DNA from: Escherichia phage muut
DNA: 64,000 nt
Sequence record: NC_052657.1
Reading direction: 5' to 3' (one strand)
The number at the start of each line of letters is the position of its first letter. Position 1 is the stretch's first letter. Shown piece by piece: positions 55,073 through 64,000 of the stretch. Below the pieces are notes generated by a model. That model saw nothing but the letters and a program-made list of their open reading frames with translations. It ran no database searches and had not been told where the DNA came from. The position numbers were made by a program, and so were the translations under genes.

Positions 55073-56957
55073 ATGTAACATTGACTGTAAATCTGACAAG
55101 AGGTGATAACACGTCATTATCAGCATCATAGTGTGCAACATCAAACACTGTTGTACCTGCTGCAAATCCATATTGTTCAACCTGATCTGCATAAGTAAAT
55201 GTGTAAGTGTTAGTATCCAGGGTTTGTTCTGTAAGAATTGCTGCTGTGAGGACGTTTACATTTCGGAAGTAATGTTTAGTATATCCTGCTGGTTCCCAAG
55301 AGACAATTGCATCTTGGTTAGCTTGTCTTACAGCGGCTCCTCCTGTTGGAACAGACATATCAACCCAAACAGGTGACGCTGATGTTAAGTCTGTACCGTC
55401 TGCTGCCGATTTAGCAAGTTTTGTAGCTGCTGTTTGATATACAGAAGAAATATAATGGATACGACCATCAATACCTTCTTCATAAACATAACCACTGTAA
55501 CGTTCAGCACCATCTACCCAAGAACCAATTATAACATCATCACGTGCTGTAGAGATGGTTCTTTGTACATTTCTGTACTTCTGCCAATCCACACCATTAA
55601 CTTCTACACCATATAAATAAGAACGTCCTAGGATCTGCCAAACAATTTTTGCTTGAGAAGCAGGAACTATTGTACGCATCTTATCAAAGATAGCTATCGT
55701 AGCATCATGGTAACGTGTAGTGTTACTGTACCTACCTGCAACAGTCGAAGATGCTGATACAGCATCATTTTCACCTTGTCCCCAAATAATTGCTTTAACC
55801 TTACTTGCATAAGGTGTGACTTTAGTGATAAAGTTAGTTAAGCATGGCCCATCTGCTGTGTTATCCAGATCATACCAGTAGTTGTCTGGTGTTCCTGTTC
55901 CGGCTTTATCATCTGCATATTTATCTGCTGCTGATGATCCAGAAGCTGCATTTAACGGAAGAACTTCAGCATTTGCTAAACCACGTTGCGTAGCATATGC
56001 ATTACGGGCTGTTGTGCTACTCATTGCTGCTTTATTTGCACCAGATAGTTCTGTAAAGTGTGCATTTACGTTATCTTGTCCAGCAAAGACAATAACTTCT
56101 TTAATGAATGAATCATCTGTAGCTATTGAGCTATTAAAGATAACGGCTGCTGCTTTGGTGCTCTTAACGCTAATTTTAAGGTATGTTGGAGCAAACCCAT
56201 AAAGAGGAATAGAGTCAGAGATATCAAAGTAGGCGTAAGTATTTGTGGTTGTTGTAGTCCACTGGACACTATTATCACTTAAATCTAATACTTCTACAGT
56301 ATAAGTATCACCATCTAGCGGATCAGTTACATCCCAAGCAACACGAACGTCTCCATAACTGTTTGCCACGGCTGTTACATTAGAAATAACAGGAATAGCA
56401 TTAACACCTAAATAAGAACTATCAGAGGCCACAACTGTTCCTTGATACGTTGCAGTACAACCTATACGGCAATTGCCATCTTTAAGAGCAGTTATTAATC
56501 CTGTAGGGCTTACAGTAGCTACTTCTGGATCTGTTGTGGTGTATGTAATTACCATATCTGGAAGGTCTTTAGCACCTTCTGGACTGATTGTAGCAACCAA
56601 CTGTTGAGTAGTGCCTACATCCATAGCCGATAGACTTTCAGTGTACACACTTAATTCTGAAGCATAACCACCAGATTGATCAGTTAAGACAGCACCTAAA
56701 TTATTTTTAGCTGTCATTATTGCATCAAAACCACCTTCGGCAACAAACTCCATCATACCACTATTATCTATAACCATTTTGGTATTATCTGAAGATGAAA
56801 AAGCTATATCAAATAACGCACCATCTTCGGGTGTAACTGTGTATGTCAGTTGTTTTTTACTACCAACTATGGCAATACCAATAGAGGAAGTAGTTATAGA
56901 TGTAGCTGTTACTACTGAAGCTGATGTTGTTGACATAAATAAAGGAATAGGATACAT
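55071..56957 (-). CDS. Tail fibre/tailspike protein with possible carbohydrate-esterase-like region
   Basis: 628 aa, Thr/Ser/Ala-rich beta-type sequence; VFAGQDNVNAHF and IWGQGENDA are reminiscent of SGNH/GDSL esterase blocks (weak). Confidence 0.5.
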   Translation of the reverse strand: MYPIPLFMSTTSASVVTATSITTSSIGIAIVGSKKQLTYTVTPEDGALFDIAFSSSDNTKMVIDNSGMMEFVAEGGFDAIMTAKNNLGAVLTDQSGGYASELSVYTESLSAMDVGTTQQLVATISPEGAKDLPDMVITYTTTDPEVATVSPTGLITALKDGNCRIGCTATYQGTVVASDSSYLGVNAIPVISNVTAVANSYGDVRVAWDVTDPLDGDTYTVEVLDLSDNSVQWTTTTTNTYAYFDISDSIPLYGFAPTYLKISVKSTKAAAVIFNSSIATDDSFIKEVIVFAGQDNVNAHFTELSGANKAAMSSTTARNAYATQRGLANAEVLPLNAASGSSAADKYADDKAGTGTPDNYWYDLDNTADGPCLTNFITKVTPYASKVKAIIWGQGENDAVSASSTVAGRYSNTTRYHDATIAIFDKMRTIVPASQAKIVWQILGRSYLYGVEVNGVDWQKYRNVQRTISTARDDVIIGSWVDGAERYSGYVYEEGIDGRIHYISSVYQTAATKLAKSAADGTDLTSASPVWVDMSVPTGGAAVRQANQDAIVSWEPAGYTKHYFRNVNVLTAAILTEQTLDTNTYTFTYADQVEQYGFAAGTTVFDVAHYDADNDVLSPLVRFTVNVT

Positions 56958-56996
56958 TTAATCTCCTTAAACAATAAGCCCCCGAAGGGGCTTTGA

Positions 56997-58958
56997 TTAT
57001 GTGCGTTTAGCAACAATAGCATCCACGTAATCACCAACACCACAATATGTTAGTTGTAGTATTGTTACTCCGTTAGGATCTGTATTAATATCACTAGAAC
57101 CAATTACTTTGTAAGATGGATCTAAAGTAACAGTACGACCCCCAGTGGCATCTTGGATAAGATAAACTATTGCAGAGAATGGTTTAGGTTTTGTGCTATC
57201 TTCGACACCAGGCCATGCTTTTATAGTAGAGTTACCAGTAAGATTCAACACATTCATGTTATGTGTTCCTGGAGGTGTCCAGTCCCCTGTAACAGATTTG
57301 TTGGTGTATGCTGTAACCTCTATAAAATTAGTTGTTACTTTTGTTGGAACTATATCTTGACCATCTACAGAACTAGTGAGTTCTTCCCATGCTCCATCTT
57401 TACGAGCATAGATTTTACCATCACTAGGTGCATCTGTGATGCTAGGTAGTGTACCTTGAGAAGTCCAGACAGTTGCAGATGTTTTTAAGAACACCTCGCC
57501 AGTGGAGATATTAAAGGCATAATCCCCTTGTTTACCATCACTAGAGATTGGATCTGTTGTTTTAACAATCCAAGTTGCACCATCCGTACCGTTAGTACCA
57601 GCGTCACCTTTCTCACCCTTATCACCTTTCAAGCTACCCATATCTACATATTCAGCAGTTTGAGTTTGTTCATCATAGGTGTAAATGTAAAGATGACCTG
57701 TATCTTCCGTCAGATAAGCATCACCGTAATTGGATGTAGGAGGAAGTGCACTTGCAGACGCAACGTGTCCTTTTGCAGTGATTGGAGTACCAGCTAAACG
57801 ACCAACATTTGTCCACTGTGTGGCTCCTTGCAACCAAACCCAAAGTTCATTATTGATCAGATAACCATCACCATCTTCTCCAGTTTGTGGTAGTTCAGAA
57901 GTGTCAGTCAGAATATCAATAATGGTCAACCCTGCACCAGTTGGCCCCGTCAAGCCTTGTATACCCTGCTCACCTTGATCACCCTTGTCTCCCTTATCAC
58001 CTTTTTCTCCTTTCAGAGAGGCAATATATTCGTCAATAGTACCAACGTTACCAGCGTTTAACCAGACTTGATAAGCTGAATCACCAGTGTTACCCTTATC
58101 TCCTTTGTCGCCTTTATCTCCTTTTGGCCCCACTATAGCGCCCATATTGATCCATTCTACACCGTTTGACACGTATAGATATGTACCAATACTCCATGCT
58201 TGAGATGTGTTTCCAGGAGATGCAGAAGGAAGATCTGAAACGGAATTAGCTGCACCTTGGTAATCAAAACCATTAGCATTGTTACCTGGCACACCTTGTG
58301 GCCCCTCTGGGCCAGGCTCCCCTTTATCACCTTTAATTGAAGCAAGATAATCTAGTTCTGTACCTTGGTTTCCTGCTGCAAGCCAAACTTGATAAGCTGA
58401 TTTACCTTCTGGCCCCTGTGAGTTTACTTTTCTCCAAGCAGTACCATCCCAAGCATACATATTCTCGCCTACAATCCATGCATCTCCTGCATTGTTTCCA
58501 GTTGTAGGTAATTGGTTGGTATTAGATAGCGTCCCTAGCAGCTTTAATGGAGCACCTGGATCACCTTTTAAAGAAGCCAACCAGTCTGTCTCAGTGCCTT
58601 GGAAACCATTGTCTACGGCAATCTGGTAAGCTGATTTACCAGCTTCTGGAATGGATTCTCTAAGATCTTCAATTTCAGCTTCAATAGCATCTAATTCTGA
58701 TTCTATTTGAGCAATGTCATCTGCATTACCCACATTTTTCCAAGCTGTATCTGAAATCCCTCCAGTAGATGTAGGAGTAGAGTTAGCAGGTACAACTTTA
58801 GGTAGAGAACCTTTCCACTGATAGTAGTTACCGTCAGTTTCAAAGAGCAATGCTTCACGAGCATCTCTTAAGGTAAAACCACTTGCAAAACTTCTACGCT
58901 TTCTATAGCGAGACTCTACCATGTCTGCAATGGCACTATTTGGACGTGTTAAAATCAC
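56997..58958 (-). CDS. Tail fibre protein with collagen-like Gly-X-Y repeats
   Basis: GDKGDKGDKGNTG, GEKGDKGDKGDQGEQGIQGLTGPTG and GDKGEPGPEGPQGVPG read directly. Confidence 0.65.
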   Translation of the reverse strand: MILTRPNSAIADMVESRYRKRRSFASGFTLRDAREALLFETDGNYYQWKGSLPKVVPANSTPTSTGGISDTAWKNVGNADDIAQIESELDAIEAEIEDLRESIPEAGKSAYQIAVDNGFQGTETDWLASLKGDPGAPLKLLGTLSNTNQLPTTGNNAGDAWIVGENMYAWDGTAWRKVNSQGPEGKSAYQVWLAAGNQGTELDYLASIKGDKGEPGPEGPQGVPGNNANGFDYQGAANSVSDLPSASPGNTSQAWSIGTYLYVSNGVEWINMGAIVGPKGDKGDKGDKGNTGDSAYQVWLNAGNVGTIDEYIASLKGEKGDKGDKGDQGEQGIQGLTGPTGAGLTIIDILTDTSELPQTGEDGDGYLINNELWVWLQGATQWTNVGRLAGTPITAKGHVASASALPPTSNYGDAYLTEDTGHLYIYTYDEQTQTAEYVDMGSLKGDKGEKGDAGTNGTDGATWIVKTTDPISSDGKQGDYAFNISTGEVFLKTSATVWTSQGTLPSITDAPSDGKIYARKDGAWEELTSSVDGQDIVPTKVTTNFIEVTAYTNKSVTGDWTPPGTHNMNVLNLTGNSTIKAWPGVEDSTKPKPFSAIVYLIQDATGGRTVTLDPSYKVIGSSDINTDPNGVTILQLTYCGVGDYVDAIVAKRT

Positions 58959-58976
58959 TTTACTACTCCTTTTATA

Positions 58977-58997
58977 AAGGGGCTTTCGCCCCTTTTT
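58977..58997 (-). terminator. Intergenic hairpin/attenuator between tail genes (AAAGGGGC-tttc-GCCCCTTT)
   Basis: Perfect stem followed on the minus strand by TTTATAAAAGGAG (T-run then ribosome-binding site). Confidence 0.45.
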
Positions 58998-58999
58998 AA

Positions 59000-61414
59000 T
59001 TAAGCATTATTGACAGTAACAAAAGTAACAGGGTTCAGAGCTTTAATTTGTGTATTCTCTGCTGTAGGTGTTACAATTGGATCTGCAATATCTATTGTGT
59101 ACAAACTATTTGTCACGTATGTAGCACGTGCTATAGTTGTCACAAGATCGCCGCCATTTGCACCTGCACCTGGAATAACAATCTTAGTACCTGCTGCTTT
59201 AGCGTAGCCATTACTAGCCCAGTTTAAAGCATTAGACTGTAGATAGGTTTGACCTGTAACAGTTGCTTTTATTTTCTCGTTGGCACTAAAGAAAGCACCA
59301 CCTACTGTAACAACATGTTTTTTACCGCTTGCACAATGAATAACTGTTCCAGTAGGGAATTCACGCCCACCTGGGAATTCATCATAAGCTGTAAAATATT
59401 GTTCAGAAATAGTAGTTAAAACTGGCCCACGATGACCTGTACCATCAACAGCAGTTGGAACACCAAAGTTATTTCCAACCTGATCGCAACGATCCGTGTA
59501 GATTTTAGCAAAAGAAACTGTTGTTTCATCTCCGCTAAGTGCTGTACATCCTACCCACTTCATATACGTGAATTGGCTGCGAGTATAGAAACCGCCACCA
59601 CTTCCTTCTCCGCTTCCATGTTGACCAATAAAGTCAATACTACGGCAACGAATATTATTAAAGGTAGAGCTAGATGGTAGTCCACGCCATTTAAAAACAT
59701 TACAATTGATATTACTAACAATTGTAGAGTTTTCCCAGGCATCTGATCCAGATGTTGCAATCTCAATTGAAGATTCTGGAATATCCAAATTCTTAATTGT
59801 AAAGTTAATTGGTGGCCCCGCATATCTGCCACTGTTAACACCCCAATCAATAAAGACCATGCGTGTTGAAACAGACGGATCATTAAGCAGATAACCAGTT
59901 AAACCATCAACTTCAAAATCTTGGCATCCGTATAATGCAACACCACAAGTAGTTAAACCTGTACCTGTTGAAACTGCTGTGTTAGGATAAACTTCATTAT
60001 CACGTATTGTGAAGTTTTTACCCATTTCAACGTGTAAACATTGACGGCAATTGTAAACCCTATTCCCAACGATACTGAAGTTACGTACATATTGTGAATC
60101 AGGAACATCAACACCATATGGGCCACTACCTGCTACACCAATACCAATACCCCAGTTTGCACCTTGTCCAGAAGCATCTACGTTAGCAATGTGGTTATTC
60201 TCGATAATCAAACCTTCAGTGTAGTGTTTTTGAACTACGTTAAGTTCAATAGCATCACCTTTGATATCGTGAATATAGTTGTTAGAGTAACGCCCGTAGG
60301 TCATTACTTCTCCAGTACCTTGTTGCAGGATCGCATATTTACAACCATACATTTCGTTGTAACTGAAGTCCAACGTACCTTCACTTGTCATTGCTTGCAT
60401 TAAGAATGCTGCTGTAGATGTTGCGTTGGAGAAGATATTACGATAGAATCGGCAATCACCACCTAACATCTTAACATAACATTTTTCAAAGCGAACGTTT
60501 TCCATCCAACAGGACACAGTAGAAATCATTGTTCCACCGTTACCAGTGAATGTACCTCCATACCAACGAATACCAGACATAGCAATTGAGCTTGTGAATC
60601 TATAATTCTTATCTGCACGTACTTGAATGTTATTCGTGTTAGCGAAAGTAATGGTTTTTAAAATTGCTTGAGTATCATCGGTAACTCCATCACCAATTGC
60701 ACCAAACTGCTCAGGCGTTACAAAGTATTGAGCTTGTAACAGGTTGCCTCCAGATGGAAGACCAACCATTGCTGCACCAGTGGTAGATGACAAAAGGTTT
60801 TTCTCTACGTAAGAAGTAGAGGCTGTTGTTTTACCAATAAAAGCAAACAATTTGTTAGGTAGACCAGTAGACGGATCTAAACCTAATGGTTCTGCCAGAA
60901 TAATTTTACTATCTTTGATAGTAAATGCTTCACCTTGAATCTGAATTACACCGTTAATGGTGACAATAGCATTATCAAAGATATAAGGAGGACTGATTTC
61001 TGTTTCGTATCCTGTAGCACCTTTAAAATACCAAGGATACACATCTGAAGCTAACTGTTCAGTTTTAAGAGCGTACAGAGTCCAGTTACTGTCTCCTACA
61101 GGTGTACCCTGCATAGGTACAGGGTTCGCAGTAGTGGCAGATGGGGCATAATAGTACCCACTCAAGATACCGTTTTCAAAATAACGTAACTGGTTAAATA
61201 CAGTTTCAGTTGATCCTGCTGACCAAGCAACAGGACTCTTAAAGAAGAAGTTATCAACAAGTGCTTTACGCAGTGTAGGTATTAAACCTGTTTCGGTTTC
61301 TACAGTTGCTGTAGCATCTCCATTAATAACATCATGCATCTGGTTAGACGAGAATATAACCAGATCAACACCTTGTTCTAGTGTCGTAGCAGGATATGTT
61401 GGAAAATTCGCCAT
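59000..61414 (-). CDS. Tailspike with pectate-lyase-like right-handed beta-helix (putative depolymerase)
   Basis: FGAIGDGVTDDTQAI motif typical of the pectate-lyase superfamily; 804 aa. Confidence 0.65.
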   Translation of the reverse strand: MANFPTYPATTLEQGVDLVIFSSNQMHDVINGDATATVETETGLIPTLRKALVDNFFFKSPVAWSAGSTETVFNQLRYFENGILSGYYYAPSATTANPVPMQGTPVGDSNWTLYALKTEQLASDVYPWYFKGATGYETEISPPYIFDNAIVTINGVIQIQGEAFTIKDSKIILAEPLGLDPSTGLPNKLFAFIGKTTASTSYVEKNLLSSTTGAAMVGLPSGGNLLQAQYFVTPEQFGAIGDGVTDDTQAILKTITFANTNNIQVRADKNYRFTSSIAMSGIRWYGGTFTGNGGTMISTVSCWMENVRFEKCYVKMLGGDCRFYRNIFSNATSTAAFLMQAMTSEGTLDFSYNEMYGCKYAILQQGTGEVMTYGRYSNNYIHDIKGDAIELNVVQKHYTEGLIIENNHIANVDASGQGANWGIGIGVAGSGPYGVDVPDSQYVRNFSIVGNRVYNCRQCLHVEMGKNFTIRDNEVYPNTAVSTGTGLTTCGVALYGCQDFEVDGLTGYLLNDPSVSTRMVFIDWGVNSGRYAGPPINFTIKNLDIPESSIEIATSGSDAWENSTIVSNINCNVFKWRGLPSSSTFNNIRCRSIDFIGQHGSGEGSGGGFYTRSQFTYMKWVGCTALSGDETTVSFAKIYTDRCDQVGNNFGVPTAVDGTGHRGPVLTTISEQYFTAYDEFPGGREFPTGTVIHCASGKKHVVTVGGAFFSANEKIKATVTGQTYLQSNALNWASNGYAKAAGTKIVIPGAGANGGDLVTTIARATYVTNSLYTIDIADPIVTPTAENTQIKALNPVTFVTVNNA

Positions 61415-61755
61415 TAATTTTTGTCCTTACTTTGTGTGCGCTTTGTAATCTCCTCTAGCATTAATTGAACAGGAGCATTTTTTAAATCCATTATTTTTTC
61501 AATCTTCTGTTCTAAGGCAGTATTATTTGCCATTAATGTAGAGTTGATCTGGTTAAGCATTTGAGCAAGTTCTGCTTTGGTAGCATAAGTGGATTCAACA
61601 AACACCAACTTCTTTTCTAGTTCGCGGTATTTGTCTTCCATTTTATCCAAATCACTTGCCATATCATCTATCTTCTGTTTGAAGACCACCCAGATTACGC
61701 CAATAAGAGGGATAATCGCCTCTTTAGCGATATCCCATACTTCTGTTAGCTCCAT
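61414..61755 (-). CDS. Hypothetical membrane/coiled-coil protein (113 aa)
   Basis: One hydrophobic segment (IIPLIGVIWVVF) followed by a charged coiled-coil. Confidence 0.45.
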   Translation of the reverse strand: MELTEVWDIAKEAIIPLIGVIWVVFKQKIDDMASDLDKMEDKYRELEKKLVFVESTYATKAELAQMLNQINSTLMANNTALEQKIEKIMDLKNAPVQLMLEEITKRTQSKDKN

Positions 61756-61764
61756 ACATTGCCC

Positions 61765-62316
61765 CTATTTCTTAGGTCTTGTAGGCCAAGTTATATTAGG
61801 TGCATCTTCAACGTTAATTTGAATTAATGTTGCACGATAGAGTTTAACTTTTCCTAACCAATCTTTTTGTTCTTCAGATAAACCTTGTAATTCCTCTAAA
61901 TCTTGAATCGCAGACACTTGATTCGTAGCCCAAGTTAGCTCCTTTTCTAACTTAAGAGTAGCATCTTCAATAGCAAGATTATTGTGAGGAACAAACTTAC
62001 CTTCAACATATTGCCAAGAGCCAATATTACTTTCATCTTCTATTTTATCTGGTACATTATATGTAACTAAAATAGATTGTCCGGCAGGGAAATAGGTAGT
62101 AACATCTTTAGTAGCACCACGTACAATATTATTATCATCTAAGGTAATAAAATAAGCATCTGGATATTCTACCATCAAAGTTTTTTGAAGCTGATACCAG
62201 TCGTTACCATCTTTGTCTTGCAAAAAACCACCACCAACAGAAAGATAAAGAATATTTTCTTCTGTTAATTCTGGTTCATACAATTCAAAACCTGTAAAAA
62301 TAACGTCTTTTTTCAT
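61765..62316 (-). CDS. Hypothetical tail-associated protein (possible tail fibre assembly protein)
   Basis: Position between tail fibre genes; no diagnostic motif. Confidence 0.45.
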   Translation of the reverse strand: MKKDVIFTGFELYEPELTEENILYLSVGGGFLQDKDGNDWYQLQKTLMVEYPDAYFITLDDNNIVRGATKDVTTYFPAGQSILVTYNVPDKIEDESNIGSWQYVEGKFVPHNNLAIEDATLKLEKELTWATNQVSAIQDLEELQGLSEEQKDWLGKVKLYRATLIQINVEDAPNITWPTRPKK

Positions 62317-62325
62317 AGACTCTCC

Positions 62326-63309
62326 TTACGAAACGTTGGTTACTGTTATCCAGCTACCATTAATATAATATTGTAGCGGAGCTGACCAATACCAAGCACC
62401 ACGAAGTTCTTTCTTGTCACCAAAACCCCAACCTGTGATCACGTGACCAGCATAGAAACGAGACTCAGACACACCAGCTTGGATACGTGTTCCAAGACGG
62501 ATAGCAGACACAACAGAAGAAACTCTATTGTTAATGCTATTAATTTGGCCTTGCAAGTTACTATTAACGTTGTTAATATTATTTTGCAGTGTGCTTTGCA
62601 ATGAGTTTAGTCTGGAGTTAAGATAGTCTAATCTTACAAGAGCATTACCATTACCAGTATCTTGACCAGAATTAGAACGAGGGTTGTCTATTAAAACATA
62701 ACCTGCATCATATAAACGGACTGCACAAGATGTTCCTCCAGTTGATGGGTTCATTCTATAAATATAGAGTTGACCACCTGCACCTGGTTCAGAGGACATA
62801 TTACCTACTGTTTGTCCGTTGTAGTTTCTAAAAAATAATGTTGCAGGATCTGTAGCACCTGTACCACAGGTATAAATATCGCCTGCATAGATAGCACCAC
62901 CATTATCACGCTTAACAAGGACATTCCCTACAACTTGGTTTGATGTTGCGTCTGTAATGTTAGCTGATAAGTGATTATGGCTGTTATCTACGACTTGAAT
63001 AGATAATGTTACAGCAGCATTACCATTCCATGTAACTTCACCTGTAGCATCACCTGCCATTGTAATTTTAGTACCGACTATAGGAAGATATGTAGTAGGC
63101 AATGTTGGGAAGAATTCATCTTGCATATAGCGAATCCAAGACCCAATATTGTTTAAGATCCAGTTCATTTCTTCACAAGTCATAATCTGACCAAAGTCCA
63201 TACCAACATTACGGATGGTTTCTTTTGGTCTAATCTTGTTTGTGTTTCCCGTTCCTGGGAGGGTTACTGTTTGTGTCGCCCAGTCAGGGTAGTATTGTGG
63301 CTTTGCCAT
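62326..63309 (-). CDS. Tail fibre protein (Gly/Asn/Thr-rich)
   Basis: Composition and context. Confidence 0.5.
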   Translation of the reverse strand: MAKPQYYPDWATQTVTLPGTGNTNKIRPKETIRNVGMDFGQIMTCEEMNWILNNIGSWIRYMQDEFFPTLPTTYLPIVGTKITMAGDATGEVTWNGNAAVTLSIQVVDNSHNHLSANITDATSNQVVGNVLVKRDNGGAIYAGDIYTCGTGATDPATLFFRNYNGQTVGNMSSEPGAGGQLYIYRMNPSTGGTSCAVRLYDAGYVLIDNPRSNSGQDTGNGNALVRLDYLNSRLNSLQSTLQNNINNVNSNLQGQINSINNRVSSVVSAIRLGTRIQAGVSESRFYAGHVITGWGFGDKKELRGAWYWSAPLQYYINGSWITVTNVS

Positions 63310-63322
63310 TAAGAGTAACTCC

Positions 63323-63952
63323 TTATTCTATTTGAGCTATCAGCATAGTCATTCGCCCTGTATCATCTCCTTCAGCCTCTGTGTAAAGAGAACCTAAACC
63401 ACCTATACCATGAGGTGGAGTTGTGGCATAATAGGAAGTGAAACCAAAGGCTGCACCCGCTTTCGCACCTAAGCGATAACTACTTAGGATCGGGAAAACG
63501 TTAAGTAACTGTGCTACTGCCTGATCGGATTGTAGACACAAATTATAAAAGAATACGTCGAATGTTTTATTTAATCCAACGTATGTATTAATCGTTTCTT
63601 TTTCTGTTCCTGTAAAACGAGCGAACATATCAATGATATCATCTCGCGTACCAGAAGACGCAACACGATAAGCCCTGATTTTTAATATTGTACGATACTC
63701 TTCATCTGTAGCACCATTTCTTTCCATCCCCATCTCTTCACCAATAAGATCTAAATACTTACCAGTTGCAGTAGAGATTAAGCGGTGTTTGGCAAGATAG
63801 ATCATTGCCTGATCTATCTTTTGTTTTTCGCTAGAAATGATATAGAGTAGTTTGACAATGTTCGGAGAAGATTTAAAATCTTCAATCAGTAGGTCTTTAA
63901 CATCTTCATTGATACTATCCCACGTTGTCACATGGTCAACACTCACTGCCAT
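63323..63952 (-). CDS. Hypothetical structural (baseplate/tail) protein
   Basis: Context only. Confidence 0.4.
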   Translation of the reverse strand: MAVSVDHVTTWDSINEDVKDLLIEDFKSSPNIVKLLYIISSEKQKIDQAMIYLAKHRLISTATGKYLDLIGEEMGMERNGATDEEYRTILKIRAYRVASSGTRDDIIDMFARFTGTEKETINTYVGLNKTFDVFFYNLCLQSDQAVAQLLNVFPILSSYRLGAKAGAAFGFTSYYATTPPHGIGGLGSLYTEAEGDDTGRMTMLIAQIE

Positions 63953-64000
63953 TTTTAGACTCCGTACTCGTAGGAAATATTATCAAGGTCAAAGGATGGT

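Noticed and set aside
55131-60403. Multiple short plus-strand ORFs within the tail fibre and tailspike genes
   Set aside because: All lie antisense inside long, well-supported minus-strand structural genes.
1-64000. Integrase, attachment site or lysogeny module
   Set aside because: No recombinase or repressor-like genes recognised; the gene content (nrdDG, own polymerase, primase-helicase, early promoter arrays) fits a virulent phage.

Overview
This window reads as a segment of a virulent tailed-phage (Caudoviricetes) genome of an enterobacterial-type host, judged from sigma70-like TTGACA/TATAAT promoters, GGAGG ribosome-binding sites and gene content. No tRNA, rRNA, CRISPR array or integrase was recognised. 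Layout: (1) 1-1530, an AT-rich non-coding region with iteron-like repeats and Fur-box-like palindromes; (2) 1.7-10.6 kb, a minus-strand block of about 25 small early-type genes, most preceded by a repeated promoter plus 5-prime stem-loop cassette; (3) 11.1-11.85 kb, a second non-coding region with more Fur-box-like palindromes and three ~60-bp direct repeats; (4) 11.8-16.3 kb, a minus-strand cassette (NADAR/YbiA-like protein, zinc-ribbon + T5orf172 protein, AAA+ ATPase, membrane proteins); (5) 16.4-55.0 kb, a plus-strand block with a UvrD-like helicase interrupted by an intein, MazG-like pyrophosphatase, anaerobic ribonucleotide reductase NrdD/NrdG, a second paralogous AAA+ ATPase, a cell-wall hydrolase, four glycosyltransferase-like genes, T7-type primase-helicase, family A DNA polymerase, a pol-beta-type nucleotidyltransferase and a DNA methyltransferase; (6) 55-64 kb, minus-strand tail fibre and tailspike genes. 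The most notable content is a phage-borne Ter/Tel-like stress-response module at about 32-42 kb (HAD phosphatase, phosphoribosyltransferase, macro domain, TerC, TelA-like, vWA/TerY-like, TerD). All functional calls rest on motif recognition by eye; no database search or computation was run.
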